Positions 41,028-50,910 of a stretch of DNA of 60,601 bases are shown piece by piece. The DNA comes from a virus (lineage: Duplodnaviria > Caudoviricetes): IMG/VR virus record IMGVR_UViG_3300037511_000207, positions 1 through 60,601 of that record; one strand, given 5' to 3'. The translations under genes were made by a program, and so were the position numbers. How positions within the stretch are numbered: position 1 is the first letter of the stretch; every line of letters starts with the position of its first letter. The notes beneath the pieces are model-generated. The model saw only the letters and a list, made by a program, of their open reading frames with translations, did not search any database and was not told where the DNA came from.

Positions 41028-42380
41028 TCAGAAGTTGACGTTGCCCTTGACTTCGACGCGAAGCATGTCGGTGGGCATCGTACATGCGAACCGGAGATTG
41101 CTCAGCTTGCCTGCGAGCTTGTCGGCATCGCTGATAGTCGCCGCCTTCGGAACCGTGACGGTGAAGCCGCCCGTTTCGCCAGCGGGCGTGATGATGCCCT
41201 GCGACGCGAACGAGGACAGCACGCCGCGGACTGCGGCCGCCATCAGCGCGAACCCGGCGTCGCTCATGGGAATGAACTCGTTGCTCAGAAACGTGCCGAG
41301 CACGGCCTCGCGGATGCGCGCATTGAGCAGGTCGATCGCCTGCTGGATGCGGATCGGGCGGCCCGACGCGGCCTTGCCGAACCACGTGTGCGGCGTGCCG
41401 TCATCGAGAGCGTAGATCAGGACGTTCTTGCCTTTGGCATTGCTGATGTGCGTCGAGCGCAACGCATCCGCGGCCACGCCCGAGAGGTTCTTGAACGCCG
41501 ACGAGCTCGTACCCGGATCGAGCGCCAGCTGGCGTGCCACGACGCACGCGGCGCAGTTGCCGGGCATGTCACCGTTGTGGACGACCGTCGCGCGGTTGTA
41601 GGCCGACGAGAAGAAGTCCTGCGCAACGCCCGTACCCGCGGAGTCCACAACGTTGGTGCTGTCTGCGCTGTGCGCGAAGAACAGCTTCTCGTTAGCTTCC
41701 GCCCACGTCGCGGCCGCGTTGTTCTCCGCCTCAGCGTAGGAGTCGATCACGAAGCCGTAGAAGCTGTTGTCGAGGGCCGCTGCCGCGAGGTCCGTCGCGA
41801 TGCCCGCGTCGGTGCTGACGTCGAGCAGCTTGATCAGCGCCGGATTGGCGCCAGAGATCTGGACGGGTTCGCCCGTCGTGCCGCCCGTGAACGTGAGTTT
41901 GGTCGCCGTGGCGTTGTCGGGTGCGACGGCCGCGCCGGCGATGCCCGCCAGGCTGGCGTCGATCAGGATCTCGAGCGCGTCACAGATGGCGTTGACGCTG
42001 TTGCCGCCGACCGGCACCGTGTGCGAAATGGTGCTGGTGACGTTCTTGTACGTCAGATCGAACTCGTACTTGGTACCCACCGTGGTGACGAGCGGCGTGA
42101 AATCCAGCACGCTCGTGGTCAGCGCCGAGCGCCCGTAGACAAGCACCTGATCGGTGTGCGGGCTCTGGCTGTTCATGCTTGCGGCGAGCAGATAGCCGCG
42201 GTCGTTGACGGTGAACCCGTCGGTCACCATCTCAGAGAGCCCCTCGCTCGAGAGCTCGTAGAGCTTCCCGCCGACGAAGGGTGCGTCGCAGAAGATCGCC
42301 GCGATGCCGAAGTTGGCCGCCGCAGCCGCTCGCGTACCGAGCGTGATGGTCACGTTGACCACTTCGTTGGAGATACTCAT
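41028..42380 (-). CDS. Tail sheath protein (DUF3383-like)
   Basis: VVNVTI...FG, DPGT...FKNLSGV, IPMSDAG. Confidence 0.85.
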   Translation of the reverse strand: MSISNEVVNVTITLGTRAAAAANFGIAAIFCDAPFVGGKLYELSSEGLSEMVTDGFTVNDRGYLLAASMNSQSPHTDQVLVYGRSALTTSVLDFTPLVTTVGTKYEFDLTYKNVTSTISHTVPVGGNSVNAICDALEILIDASLAGIAGAAVAPDNATATKLTFTGGTTGEPVQISGANPALIKLLDVSTDAGIATDLAAAALDNSFYGFVIDSYAEAENNAAATWAEANEKLFFAHSADSTNVVDSAGTGVAQDFFSSAYNRATVVHNGDMPGNCAACVVARQLALDPGTSSSAFKNLSGVAADALRSTHISNAKGKNVLIYALDDGTPHTWFGKAASGRPIRIQQAIDLLNARIREAVLGTFLSNEFIPMSDAGFALMAAAVRGVLSSFASQGIITPAGETGGFTVTVPKAATISDADKLAGKLSNLRFACTMPTDMLRVEVKGNVNF

Positions 42381-42395
42381 TGTCGTTCTTCCTCT

Positions 42396-42433
42396 AGGAT
42401 AGCACCGGATGAGGTGCGGTCAATCTGCGGTCA
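42396..42433 (-). promoter_or_regulatory. Promoter for tail genes, overlapped by tandem TGACCGCA
   Basis: TTGACC-N16-TATCCT with extended -10 TG. Confidence 0.55.
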
Positions 42434-42437
42434 CATT

Positions 42438-43019
42438 TCATGGTGCGGGCGCCGGACGATCGATCGTCTGGTCCGGAACCGGCGGCTCTGCGTCAGCGCC
42501 AATCGTCTCGACCTGCTGCATGTTCGCACCCGCGGGCAGCGGCCCATCCAGGCTGAAGTCAGTCACCGCGCGGAAGTTGGTCTCGAACGCCCACGCGCTC
42601 ACGACGCGCCCGTTGTGGACGAACGGCACGTGGTGCATGTAGGTATTCACGTCGGGCTTGTTGATCACGCCCGCATCCCAGACCAGATCCGGGCGCCGCA
42701 GCCCCGCGCGAATCTTCTCGGCAGTGAACAGCGCATCGCGCCCGGGCGCGTTGTACTGACTCTCCACGCGCACCTGCACGCGCAGGTATTGCAGCGTGCT
42801 GAGCTGCCAGACGAGTTGCGTGTCGTCGTCCTCGTCCGCGCTGTACTCCTCGCGGTCGTGGTCCGAGCCCAACTGTACGATGGTGAGAACCACCACCACG
42901 CCAACGGCCGGGCGCTCCTCGTCGGACCATACTACCGCGCGTGAGCCGACCGCGCCGAGATCGGCGACGCCGTCCCGGATGGCGTTCTGAACGTCCGCGA
43001 TTGAAACCGGAGAGGCCAA
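42438..43019 (-). CDS. Neck/tail terminator protein
   Basis: Synteny before the sheath gene. Confidence 0.6.
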   Translation of the reverse strand: MASPVSIADVQNAIRDGVADLGAVGSRAVVWSDEERPAVGVVVVLTIVQLGSDHDREEYSADEDDDTQLVWQLSTLQYLRVQVRVESQYNAPGRDALFTAEKIRAGLRRPDLVWDAGVINKPDVNTYMHHVPFVHNGRVVSAWAFETNFRAVTDFSLDGPLPAGANMQQVETIGADAEPPVPDQTIDRPAPAP

Positions 43020-43022
43020 GGG

Positions 43023-43526
43023 TCAGCTCTCCTCGCTCTGCCAGTTGATGCTACCTTCGCCGTTGGTCGCGCGCAGGCGGCCGTGGATGGCGTCGGCCAT
43101 CTGCCCGTGCTCCACCAGCGGGCGCGTCTCGGGAGCCTTGCGGGCGAGCGTTGCGGCGGCGTTGGCGGGCTTGATCTCGCCGGCCAGAATGCGCCCCCGG
43201 ATCGACGACATGAGCCCATGTGCGATCTGCTCGAACGGGCGGCTCTCATAGCGCTGCGTGCGCGCCATTCCCTGCATCGCGCTCCGGATCTGCTCGACCA
43301 CGCGCTTGGCGCCGAGCGGCACCCAACCGCGTAGCCACATGCGGGCCGGGATCTTCCCTGCCCCGAACTCGTTAACCGCGGCCACCTCCACGACGGACAG
43401 CGGCCCTTCGTCGTGCCGGTCTGCGCCCTGCTCCTCATGGATGCCGCCTGTGATCTGCATCCGGAGCTCGCGGAACACCTTCAGCGCGCCGCTGTCGGTG
43501 ATCTTCAGGGTGACCCCGTTCGCCAT
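43023..43526 (-). CDS. Neck/tail completion protein
   Basis: NEFG..IPARMWLR; NAAAT...K...PLVEHGQM. Confidence 0.75.
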   Translation of the reverse strand: MANGVTLKITDSGALKVFRELRMQITGGIHEEQGADRHDEGPLSVVEVAAVNEFGAGKIPARMWLRGWVPLGAKRVVEQIRSAMQGMARTQRYESRPFEQIAHGLMSSIRGRILAGEIKPANAAATLARKAPETRPLVEHGQMADAIHGRLRATNGEGSINWQSEES

Positions 43527-43822
43527 CAGACCACCCGGAGCTTGGCGAATGCGTTGCCGCGCTTCAGGCACGCCAGCTCCTGCTGGTACGCGGTGGGCTG
43601 CCCCGGTTCGGACAGCTTGGCGTTGCGCCCCGCCGGCGACAGCGCCAGCATATGCGCGGCCTGCAGCTCGACGGCATCGTCCCGATCGGCGTCGGAAGCC
43701 CAGTTGTCCCCAATGCGGCGCTCAGCGCGCTCAAGCACGGCCGGAATCAGAGTTTCCTGCTCCTCGTGGAGAGCCAGGAACTCAGGGAACGCCACAAGAA
43801 AACTGCTGGCGGTGACGGCCAC
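43526..43822 (-). CDS. Head-tail adaptor (DUF4054-like)
   Basis: FLVAFPEF...AAHML...TAY. Confidence 0.75.
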   Translation of the reverse strand: MAVTASSFLVAFPEFLALHEEQETLIPAVLERAERRIGDNWASDADRDDAVELQAAHMLALSPAGRNAKLSEPGQPTAYQQELACLKRGNAFAKLRVV

Positions 43823-44182
43823 AGATCAGCGCTTTCGAGAAAAGGGGCGAGCGCCGCCCGCGGACGCTGCCGCCACCGGTGCGAGAGTGGGCTGGACCGC
43901 AAAAGTGCCATCGGGGCCGCGCACGGCGGCGGCCCGCTCATACTCGGCCTGTCCGTCCTCGACGAGGAGCGCCACGGCGTCTGCGTGGCTCTCAGGCACC
44001 GTCCAGTACGTCGGGTACTCCGGGACCATCGCGCAATCGACGACGATCGGGCGGACACCTGGCTTCAGTCGAACTCGCATTTGCCTCCAAAACAGAGCGC
44101 CCCCGGCGACCTGCTTTCGCCGCCGCCGGGGGCCTCACCACCACACCATCCGCGGACCACCCGCCGCGCTCGGGGTAGGACG

Positions 44183-45193
44183 TTACGGAGCCGCGGTGAT
44201 CCCGGACATCTTGATCACGTTCTGCGGCGCGAGACAACGCACACCGCCGAGAGCGATCTTGCCCGGAACGAGCCAGCCGTTGGTGCCTCGCAGCGCCTGA
44301 CTGAACTGCAACTCGCGCTGCATCAGCATCTTCGGCGCAAACGGGCTGCTCTTGCTGTACCCGATGGCGCACCCGGTGCCGGCCGAACCCTGATCCGCCA
44401 GCTTGTTCCAGACCTGCACGTCGACGCCGGGGCGCTCGGCGCGGAAGATCGAGAGGGCGCTGCGCTCGAGCGAGTCGGTGCGCTTCTGGTTGGCCTTCTG
44501 GTACGCCGCCAGCGGAAGCAGGATCGTGTCGCACTCGTCATTCTCGAGCGACGCGAGCTCCACTGCGTTGCAGATCTCGTGCAGGTCCGTGACGATCTCC
44601 GCCGCGGTACAACCTGAGGACGTCCACAACAGACCGCCGCCGGTCTTGGTGACCGCCGTCGCGCTGCCGGTGTCGGGCAGGTTGCCGAGACCCTTCATGG
44701 TCACGCCGTTGGCGGTGTGCCCGACGGATGCCACCTTCTCGAAGAACATCTCGATCGAGAGGTTGACGGCCTGGACGTTCTCGGTCGCGAGAGCGATGCC
44801 CAGGTGACCCGCCAACTCGACGTCGCGATCCATGACCGCGTACGCCGTGGCGAACTCGTAGATCGGCAGGAACTGGTTGGTCGTCGAGAACGAGGGCAAC
44901 GGCAGCTCTTGCGTGGGGGCCTTGTTCGTCAGGTTGACAGGCTCCGCCATCTGCGAGCTGTACCGGCGGTCTTCGATCTGCTGGGCCCACGAAGACACCT
45001 GCTCGACGCCGATGTACCGCCGCCACTTGCGCGGACGATACAGGTCCCGGTACTTGCCGGTGAGCTGCGTCAACTCCTGCGGGTACACCAACGTGTCCTG
45101 CCGGAGGTTGGGGTTGTACCCGACGGCCGCCGCTGCGGCCGCGACGGACGCGGCGCCGGGGACGTCGCCGGCCTGGAAAACTTGGATCTTCAT
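44183..45193 (-). CDS. Major capsid protein (DUF2184-like)
   Basis: 336 aa after the decoration and DUF2213 genes; KGLGNLP, GGVRCLAP. Confidence 0.8.
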   Translation of the reverse strand: MKIQVFQAGDVPGAASVAAAAAAVGYNPNLRQDTLVYPQELTQLTGKYRDLYRPRKWRRYIGVEQVSSWAQQIEDRRYSSQMAEPVNLTNKAPTQELPLPSFSTTNQFLPIYEFATAYAVMDRDVELAGHLGIALATENVQAVNLSIEMFFEKVASVGHTANGVTMKGLGNLPDTGSATAVTKTGGGLLWTSSGCTAAEIVTDLHEICNAVELASLENDECDTILLPLAAYQKANQKRTDSLERSALSIFRAERPGVDVQVWNKLADQGSAGTGCAIGYSKSSPFAPKMLMQRELQFSQALRGTNGWLVPGKIALGGVRCLAPQNVIKMSGITAAP

Positions 45194-45217
45194 GACTTCT
45201 CTGAGGTCCTTCTGAGG

Positions 45218-46012
45218 TTACTTGGCCGGGAGACGAATCTGCGCGACCGTGCGCCCGCCGGAGTCGGTGCCCGCGGTCGACATGAACTTGGCGCCCGGGA
45301 CCTTTTCGGCGCGGTTGCCCGAGGTGACGGTGAGGTGCTCACCGAGCTGCAGCACTTCGATCACGCCGCCAGCGGCGGCCGTCACGGTCACGGTCACGGT
45401 GCCGGTAGCCGCGAAGTTCGGCGAAGCGTCGATCAACGCCACGAGGCCTGCCGCGATCTCCGCCACCGTTGCGCTGCTGTCGGCGGAGTAGATGAACGTC
45501 TCGTCGTTGCCCGCCGCGTCCTTGAGCCGCACCAGGTACCCGCCCGTGGTCGTCTGCACCGGCGAAGCCGTCGGCGTGATGACGAGGCCGGCCGCGAAAT
45601 CGTTGTCCACGCGGAACTTGCCGAGCGTCGTGTTGCTGCCACCGTCGCTGGTGTGCCGCAGATACACGTCGCCGCCCACCGCGGGCGAGCCCTCTACCTG
45701 CACCCAGATGTAGCCCTCTTCGAGGACCGACGCCTGCTGCCCGGCGAGGTAGTCCGCCGCCGCGTTGTTGTCGTTCTTGAACTCGGGATCGATCAGCACG
45801 CCTTCGAACAAGGTCCGAACTTCGGCCGCGCTCGCGGGCGCCTTGATCGTCTTCGTCTTCGTCGTGCCGCTCACCACACCGAGGCCGGCGTTGATGTTGG
45901 CTTCGACCACGCGCGCCAAGCTGCTACCGACGTAGCCCTTGCTGCTGGCCGCGATGTGCCCCGCCTTGCCGACGAGGGTCTGCGTCTCGGAAATCTGAAT
46001 GAAAGCGGACAT
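45218..46012 (-). CDS. Capsid decoration protein
   Basis: SVLEEGYIWV...GGDVY; synteny. Confidence 0.7.
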   Translation of the reverse strand: MSAFIQISETQTLVGKAGHIAASSKGYVGSSLARVVEANINAGLGVVSGTTKTKTIKAPASAAEVRTLFEGVLIDPEFKNDNNAAADYLAGQQASVLEEGYIWVQVEGSPAVGGDVYLRHTSDGGSNTTLGKFRVDNDFAAGLVITPTASPVQTTTGGYLVRLKDAAGNDETFIYSADSSATVAEIAAGLVALIDASPNFAATGTVTVTVTAAAGGVIEVLQLGEHLTVTSGNRAEKVPGAKFMSTAGTDSGGRTVAQIRLPAK

Positions 46013-46013
46013 G

Positions 46014-47129
46014 TTACTCGTCCTCCTTGGCGGACAGCTTGCTCGCGAGCGACGCGCGGAACGCCTCGTCGGAATCATTGATGTTGGCGCCCGGCGCCAC
46101 ATCGGCGCGCTTCGGCGCGTGATACTGCGCGGGGGCCGTCGGGGCCGCACCGTCAGCGAGGATGTCGAACATCGCGTCGAGGTACGCCGCGCTCTTGCCG
46201 GCGACCTTCTCGGCGCCGAGCTTCGCGGTCACGGCGTCAGCGCGCACCTGGGCGTCGCTCTTGCCCTTGGTCTCGTAGTCGGCGGGCAGCAGGCGTGCCG
46301 CGCGCGCGAACAGCGCCATGCGCGCTTCCACGGCCGCGTCGATGCGATCCTGGCTGGTGGCCTGCTCGGCCGCGTCCGCGCGAGTCTTCTCGGCGTCCAC
46401 CTTGGCCTGCAGCGCGTCGCGCTCGGCCTCGGCCTTGTCGGCGCGCGCCTTCTCGGCGTTCAACGCCTTCTGGTGAGCAGCCGCGACATGCGCGAAGTGC
46501 TCCGCCGAGCCATACTCGAGCTCGACACCGTCAATGACGATCTTCTTCATGGGGTTTCCTTGGGAGTCGAGCCGGAGTTTCGCTTCGCCGCCGGCACGCG
46601 GCTGTTGATCTGAGGTCAGAATGGCGACGTGGTTGAAGCGGATTTTCCGCTGGATCGCGTCGTACTTGGTGCCATCGGGCGTGATGCCGGGCGTGAAATC
46701 GAGCTCGCAGCTGTACCCGCAGCTGATGCCGCCGGCCTTGCCGCCCTCGATGGCGTTCTGCACGGTACCATCCGCGACCACGAGCTGTGCTCGCAGCCAC
46801 TCGTCCGTCGACCCGTCCACGCGCACGCGCGCTTCGGGCGGCGCGTCGCTGACGTGACCGACCTGGACCGCGGTGGCATTCTCGGGCGAGACGCCGCGGT
46901 CGGGGTGTCGGAGCGTGACGGGTACGCTGCCGAGCGTCGCGAGGCTGTCTTCGGCGAAGACCTCGTCTGCCGGGCGGTACTCCACCAACACGCTGCCGTC
47001 CGCCTGCACGTACTTCTGCGTGCCGGTTCGGGCAATCGTGGCAGGCACGCGGACCGCACCCGCGCCGTTCCGGGCGAACTTGCCCAGACGGCTGGCGGCA
47101 CCCACGTCCGTGCGCTGCACAACTGCCAT
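46014..47129 (-). CDS. Head maturation/scaffold protein (DUF2213-like)
   Basis: ARTG.Q.Y, EYRP.DEVF, PVTLRHP, ISCGY, YDAIQR, NHVA. Confidence 0.9.
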   Translation of the reverse strand: MAVVQRTDVGAASRLGKFARNGAGAVRVPATIARTGTQKYVQADGSVLVEYRPADEVFAEDSLATLGSVPVTLRHPDRGVSPENATAVQVGHVSDAPPEARVRVDGSTDEWLRAQLVVADGTVQNAIEGGKAGGISCGYSCELDFTPGITPDGTKYDAIQRKIRFNHVAILTSDQQPRAGGEAKLRLDSQGNPMKKIVIDGVELEYGSAEHFAHVAAAHQKALNAEKARADKAEAERDALQAKVDAEKTRADAAEQATSQDRIDAAVEARMALFARAARLLPADYETKGKSDAQVRADAVTAKLGAEKVAGKSAAYLDAMFDILADGAAPTAPAQYHAPKRADVAPGANINDSDEAFRASLASKLSAKEDE

Positions 47130-47139
47130 TCTTGGATCA

Positions 47140-47177
47140 GTTTAGCAGGTGCGGTCAACTGTGCAAGGGTGCGGTCA
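47140..47177 (-). promoter_or_regulatory. Promoter for head genes with two TGACCGCA sites
   Basis: TTGCAC-N16-TAAACT with extended -10 TG. Confidence 0.55.
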
Positions 47178-47189
47178 TTTTTGATCCCG

Positions 47190-47723
47190 CTACTCCTGCC
47201 CCGAGCTCGTGAGAGTACTCTGCCAGAGGCGCACGGAGCGCGCGCGAGCGGCATCGAGGACCCGGACGCTCTCCACCGAGATCCCCCACTTGCGGGCGAC
47301 CTTGGCGGCCCGGCGCTCGAGGTCCGGAATCAGCTTACCGCTGAGAACCACATCGCTGGTTCGCCGCTGCACAAGCCAAGCGAGCTCGCCAACGAGAAGA
47401 TCCTGGATGTTGGTGCGCCCGTCGCAGACCTCAAGGAGGTAGCGGCGCGCATCGAAGACGTTGCACACCGCCGTCAGGCGCACCACGACCGCCACGCCGT
47501 CTTTGCACACGAGGGACTGCGGGTCGGTCACGACCCCGTAGTCGCGGGCGTCCTCAGTCTCGGCGGCCTCAAGGATCGGCCACTTCCAGTTGAGCCCGGG
47601 CGCCATGTCGCGCTGAGGGAGGCCAAGGCGTCGAATGAACCCGACCTGTTCGGCGTCGAGCACGGCCCAGAACGCCAGTAAGCGCCAGAACTGGGTCACG
47701 AAATTCAGGAGCTGTGCAATCAC
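47190..47723 (-). CDS. SPFH/Band-7 domain protein
   Basis: RRLG...PGLNWKWP...QSLVCKDG...WGISVESV. Confidence 0.8.
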   Translation of the reverse strand: MIAQLLNFVTQFWRLLAFWAVLDAEQVGFIRRLGLPQRDMAPGLNWKWPILEAAETEDARDYGVVTDPQSLVCKDGVAVVVRLTAVCNVFDARRYLLEVCDGRTNIQDLLVGELAWLVQRRTSDVVLSGKLIPDLERRAAKVARKWGISVESVRVLDAARARSVRLWQSTLTSSGQE

Positions 47724-48769
47724 TCGCGCGGCTCCCGCGGCCCCGCTTCGGCGCACACCGACGCGCCGGCGCTGTCACGCGAAACCTGCGCAACTGGGTC
47801 CGGGCGCGCGAGCGCTCGGTCATAAGTGGCGCAGACAGTGACCGAACGCACGGTGCACGCAACCGGAAGCACCAACACCAACGCCAGTGCGAGCGTGAAA
47901 CCGATACAGATCGACGCCTCTGTCATGACTCCACTCCCGGCGTGTTGTCGGGCTCGTCACCAGGGCCGTCCAACTCCGAAATCATCAGTTCCTCAAAGTA
48001 CAGACGATCGCACCCGACATGCCCGAGCAGCCACCCCCAAAACAGGTTCTCCAGCACGGTCTGCGCGTCGCGCAGCGCCTCCTCGAAGTCCTGGCGCTGG
48101 TACGGCGTCAGGTCCACCGCCGCACCTGCCAGTAGGTCACGCCTGCGCGGCGCAAACCGACCTGGGAATCACCGTGCACAACGTCGACGTCCGCGCGGAC
48201 CGCGAGCACTGGAGCCGGGCGGATCGCGCTCGACCGCGCCGCTCGCCGCACCAACGGCACCGGCGGCGTGTGCCTGCTCGGCGCCAGGTCGTGGTACTCC
48301 AGCAGCTCGACCACCGTCGCGCCTCCGCCGGCGATCACGTCACACCCCACAGCGCCAGCGGCGCGCCATTGGCATCGCGCACCTCGACGAACCGCCGCCC
48401 GCGCTCGCGGGCTCGGCGCTCGAAGTCCTTGCGGGCTGCCGCTCGAAACTCGGGATCGTTCCACTCAGCAGTCTCGCCACTCGAGAGCGAGACAGTCATC
48501 AGCGCGCCGCGCGGCGGGCGGACGGTTCCGGGCACCATGTCGGTCACTGGCGCCCCTCTTCCACCAGCACGACGGTCGGTGCCTCGTGCCACTCGCCGGT
48601 GATGAACTCCTCGGGGATGCGCGGCGGGGCCCAGGCGGGGCGCGGCTGTTGCACCAGCCGCAACGCAGCCCAGAGGCCTGCAGCCTGCAGCACAGCGAGG
48701 GTGATTGCGATCGTCATGTGGATATCCTGGCAGCCGAGACGTCTGCGGTCAAGCTGCGGTCATTTTCAT

Positions 48770-49294
48770 TCACCACGATCGCCAATTCTCCAGCAAGTAC
48801 CAATCCGTGCCAGTCGGCAGCACGTTGTACGCGAGCAGCGCACAATCGCGGTTGATGCTCTGCGGCTTCCCGTCCTTGCTTAGCACCGGCGTGCCGTCGG
48901 GGTTGTTGAACACCAGGCGCCCCACGCCCGCGACCACCGCGCGGCGATGCACGTGTTGCTGCCACCAGCGCGTGCCGATCGCCACGGGCACGAGCGCAAG
49001 AACGCGCACGCCGCTGCTGGCGGCCTTGGCACAGAACGCGCCCGACTGCGCGAATGGCGGATTGACCCACGCCGTGATGCCGTCATGGGCCAGGTCACCA
49101 CCCCAGTCCTGCGTGAGCGCGTCGACCTGCGGGAACGTGTAGCCGCCGCTCTCGCCGACGCAATCGGTCTCCGTGCAGGCAAGGTCCCAGTCGATACGCT
49201 CAAGCGCGAAGCGACGCTTGACGGCCACGAGGAAGCTGGCGGGGGTCCTGTACGTCTGCTGCCCAATTTCCGGGGCACTGTTAGGGCCACTCAT
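48770..49294 (-). CDS. Phage DNA N6-adenine methyltransferase
   Basis: YRTP, DLAC, DALTQDW, WVNPPF. Confidence 0.85.
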   Translation of the reverse strand: MSGPNSAPEIGQQTYRTPASFLVAVKRRFALERIDWDLACTETDCVGESGGYTFPQVDALTQDWGGDLAHDGITAWVNPPFAQSGAFCAKAASSGVRVLALVPVAIGTRWWQQHVHRRAVVAGVGRLVFNNPDGTPVLSKDGKPQSINRDCALLAYNVLPTGTDWYLLENWRSW

Positions 49295-49493
49295 GGCTGC
49301 CACCCCGCCACCTGGTGCGGCAGCTTTCCTGCGTACTTGTCGTGCGGCGGCGGCCTGACGGTGTCGGCCTTACCCATCAACTCCGCGCTCGCGAGCTCGG
49401 CCGCGGCGAGGTCCTCCGCGTGCCGGGCAGCACGCAGGGCTTGCTCCACAGCGGCGACGCGCTCACGCGCGGCCATCAGCTTGCGCAGGGGGC

Positions 49494-50036
49494 TCACGCC
49501 GCCACCGCCGTCGTTGCGGCCGCGCCGCGCGCGCCGTAGTACCACTGCAACTCTTCGTAGGCCGCCACCGCGTCATCGGCAGCCCGGAACGTCCGTGACA
49601 CGGTGCTCTCGTACGGCCGCCCGCCGCCCGCCAGGTGCAGCACCTCAAGCGCCTTGATCTCGATCTGCGGCTTGTTCTTCGTGAGCGCCCGGTGCAGCGT
49701 CGGCATCTGCTTCGCCAGGAACTTCAGGTCAAAGTCCAGCGCGCGATTGCACAGCACGTCGGCCGTCGTCCACGGCCCCGCCAGCAGAAAGCCCTCGCAG
49801 GCCTTCAGGGAGCTGCGGTCCTCTTGGCCGCACTCGGCCAACAGCGCCTCGTGGAAGTCGGGCGCCTTCACCGACCCTGACGGATGGCGCACGACCACAT
49901 TGCAGATGTCGATCACGTCGAAAGTCGGAGCTTCCGCGCTCGCCAGGATGCATGCGACCTCGAGGATGTGGTCGTTGTCCGGGCTGTAGCCCGACGTCGC
50001 CACGTCGAGGATCAGGATGGTTTTCTGTTGGGGCAT
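49494..50036 (-). CDS. Oligoribonuclease-like DEDD fold with degenerate active site
   Basis: LDVATSG...ILEVACI, FDLKFL..QMP.L, FRAADD. Confidence 0.7.
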   Translation of the reverse strand: MPQQKTILILDVATSGYSPDNDHILEVACILASAEAPTFDVIDICNVVVRHPSGSVKAPDFHEALLAECGQEDRSSLKACEGFLLAGPWTTADVLCNRALDFDLKFLAKQMPTLHRALTKNKPQIEIKALEVLHLAGGGRPYESTVSRTFRAADDAVAAYEELQWYYGARGAAATTAVAA

Positions 50037-50037
50037 G

Positions 50038-50550
50038 TTACTCGTTCTCGTCCGTTTCGTCGGTGTTGGGTGGGTTGCAGTGCTTGCACTGGCAGTTGGG
50101 ATCCGCGTGGCGCTTCAGGGTGTCGAGGTAGATCTGGACGCGCTTGCCGTTCTCGTCGCGCCACTTCGTGCGCTTGCGTCTTGGCTTCGGTCCGCGCACG
50201 CCGAGCGGGCGCTGTTCCCACGGCGTGCCTAGTATCGTGGCGGGTGGCGCGGCCAGCGCCGCGGCGATGGCGCGGGCCTCAGGGTCCACGGGCAGGTGGA
50301 GCGCCTCGAGCGTGTTGAACAGCGCACGCAATGCGAGGACCTCGTCTTCGCCCCAGCCCTGGATCGTCACGTGCCCGACCCAACGCCCCGTCCAACCGCC
50401 GCGCGCGCCTGCGCCGTCGGGACTCGCTGTCATGTACTGCGGCGTGTCGAACGGGCTGTCGTAGACCACGCGGACCGCGGCGGTAGCCGAGCACAGGCGC
50501 TGTTTTTGGTACCACGTCGTGCGCACGTGCTCGGTGAGTTGACGCGACAT
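50038..50550 (-). CDS. Hypothetical protein
   Basis: First gene of the leftward operon; C-terminal Cys/His cluster. Confidence 0.5.
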   Translation of the reverse strand: MSRQLTEHVRTTWYQKQRLCSATAAVRVVYDSPFDTPQYMTASPDGAGARGGWTGRWVGHVTIQGWGEDEVLALRALFNTLEALHLPVDPEARAIAAALAAPPATILGTPWEQRPLGVRGPKPRRKRTKWRDENGKRVQIYLDTLKRHADPNCQCKHCNPPNTDETDENE

Positions 50551-50679
50551 GTGCGGCGCCGGCGGCGGGATGGGTGGAGCGGTCACGCCTCCAAAGCATG
50601 CGGTCAAATTCACTCCTGCGCAAGCAGTGCGGTCATTTTCTGCTAAGCTGATCTTCACCCAGGTATTTCCCTGGAGGAG

Positions 50680-50910
50680 GTGCACCCACCCGTGTACGAC
50701 CACGAAGATATCGGTACGTTCGTCAAAGACACCCTCGAAGCGGAAGTCCTCAAGCTTCGCGCAAAGATCCGCCAACTACCCGACCAGTCCTTGCTCGCAT
50801 ACCTGCAGGCATCCGCGCTGGACACATCTGCCAACGCGCAAGTTATGCGGCTTCTGGTCCTTCAGGCGCGCAACGCCAATGCCGCGAATGCGCGGAGACT
50901 CGGCAAGTGA
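50680..50910 (+). CDS. Hypothetical protein
   Basis: GTGA-coupled to the primase gene. Confidence 0.5.
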   Translation: MHPPVYDHEDIGTFVKDTLEAEVLKLRAKIRQLPDQSLLAYLQASALDTSANAQVMRLLVLQARNANAANARRLGK

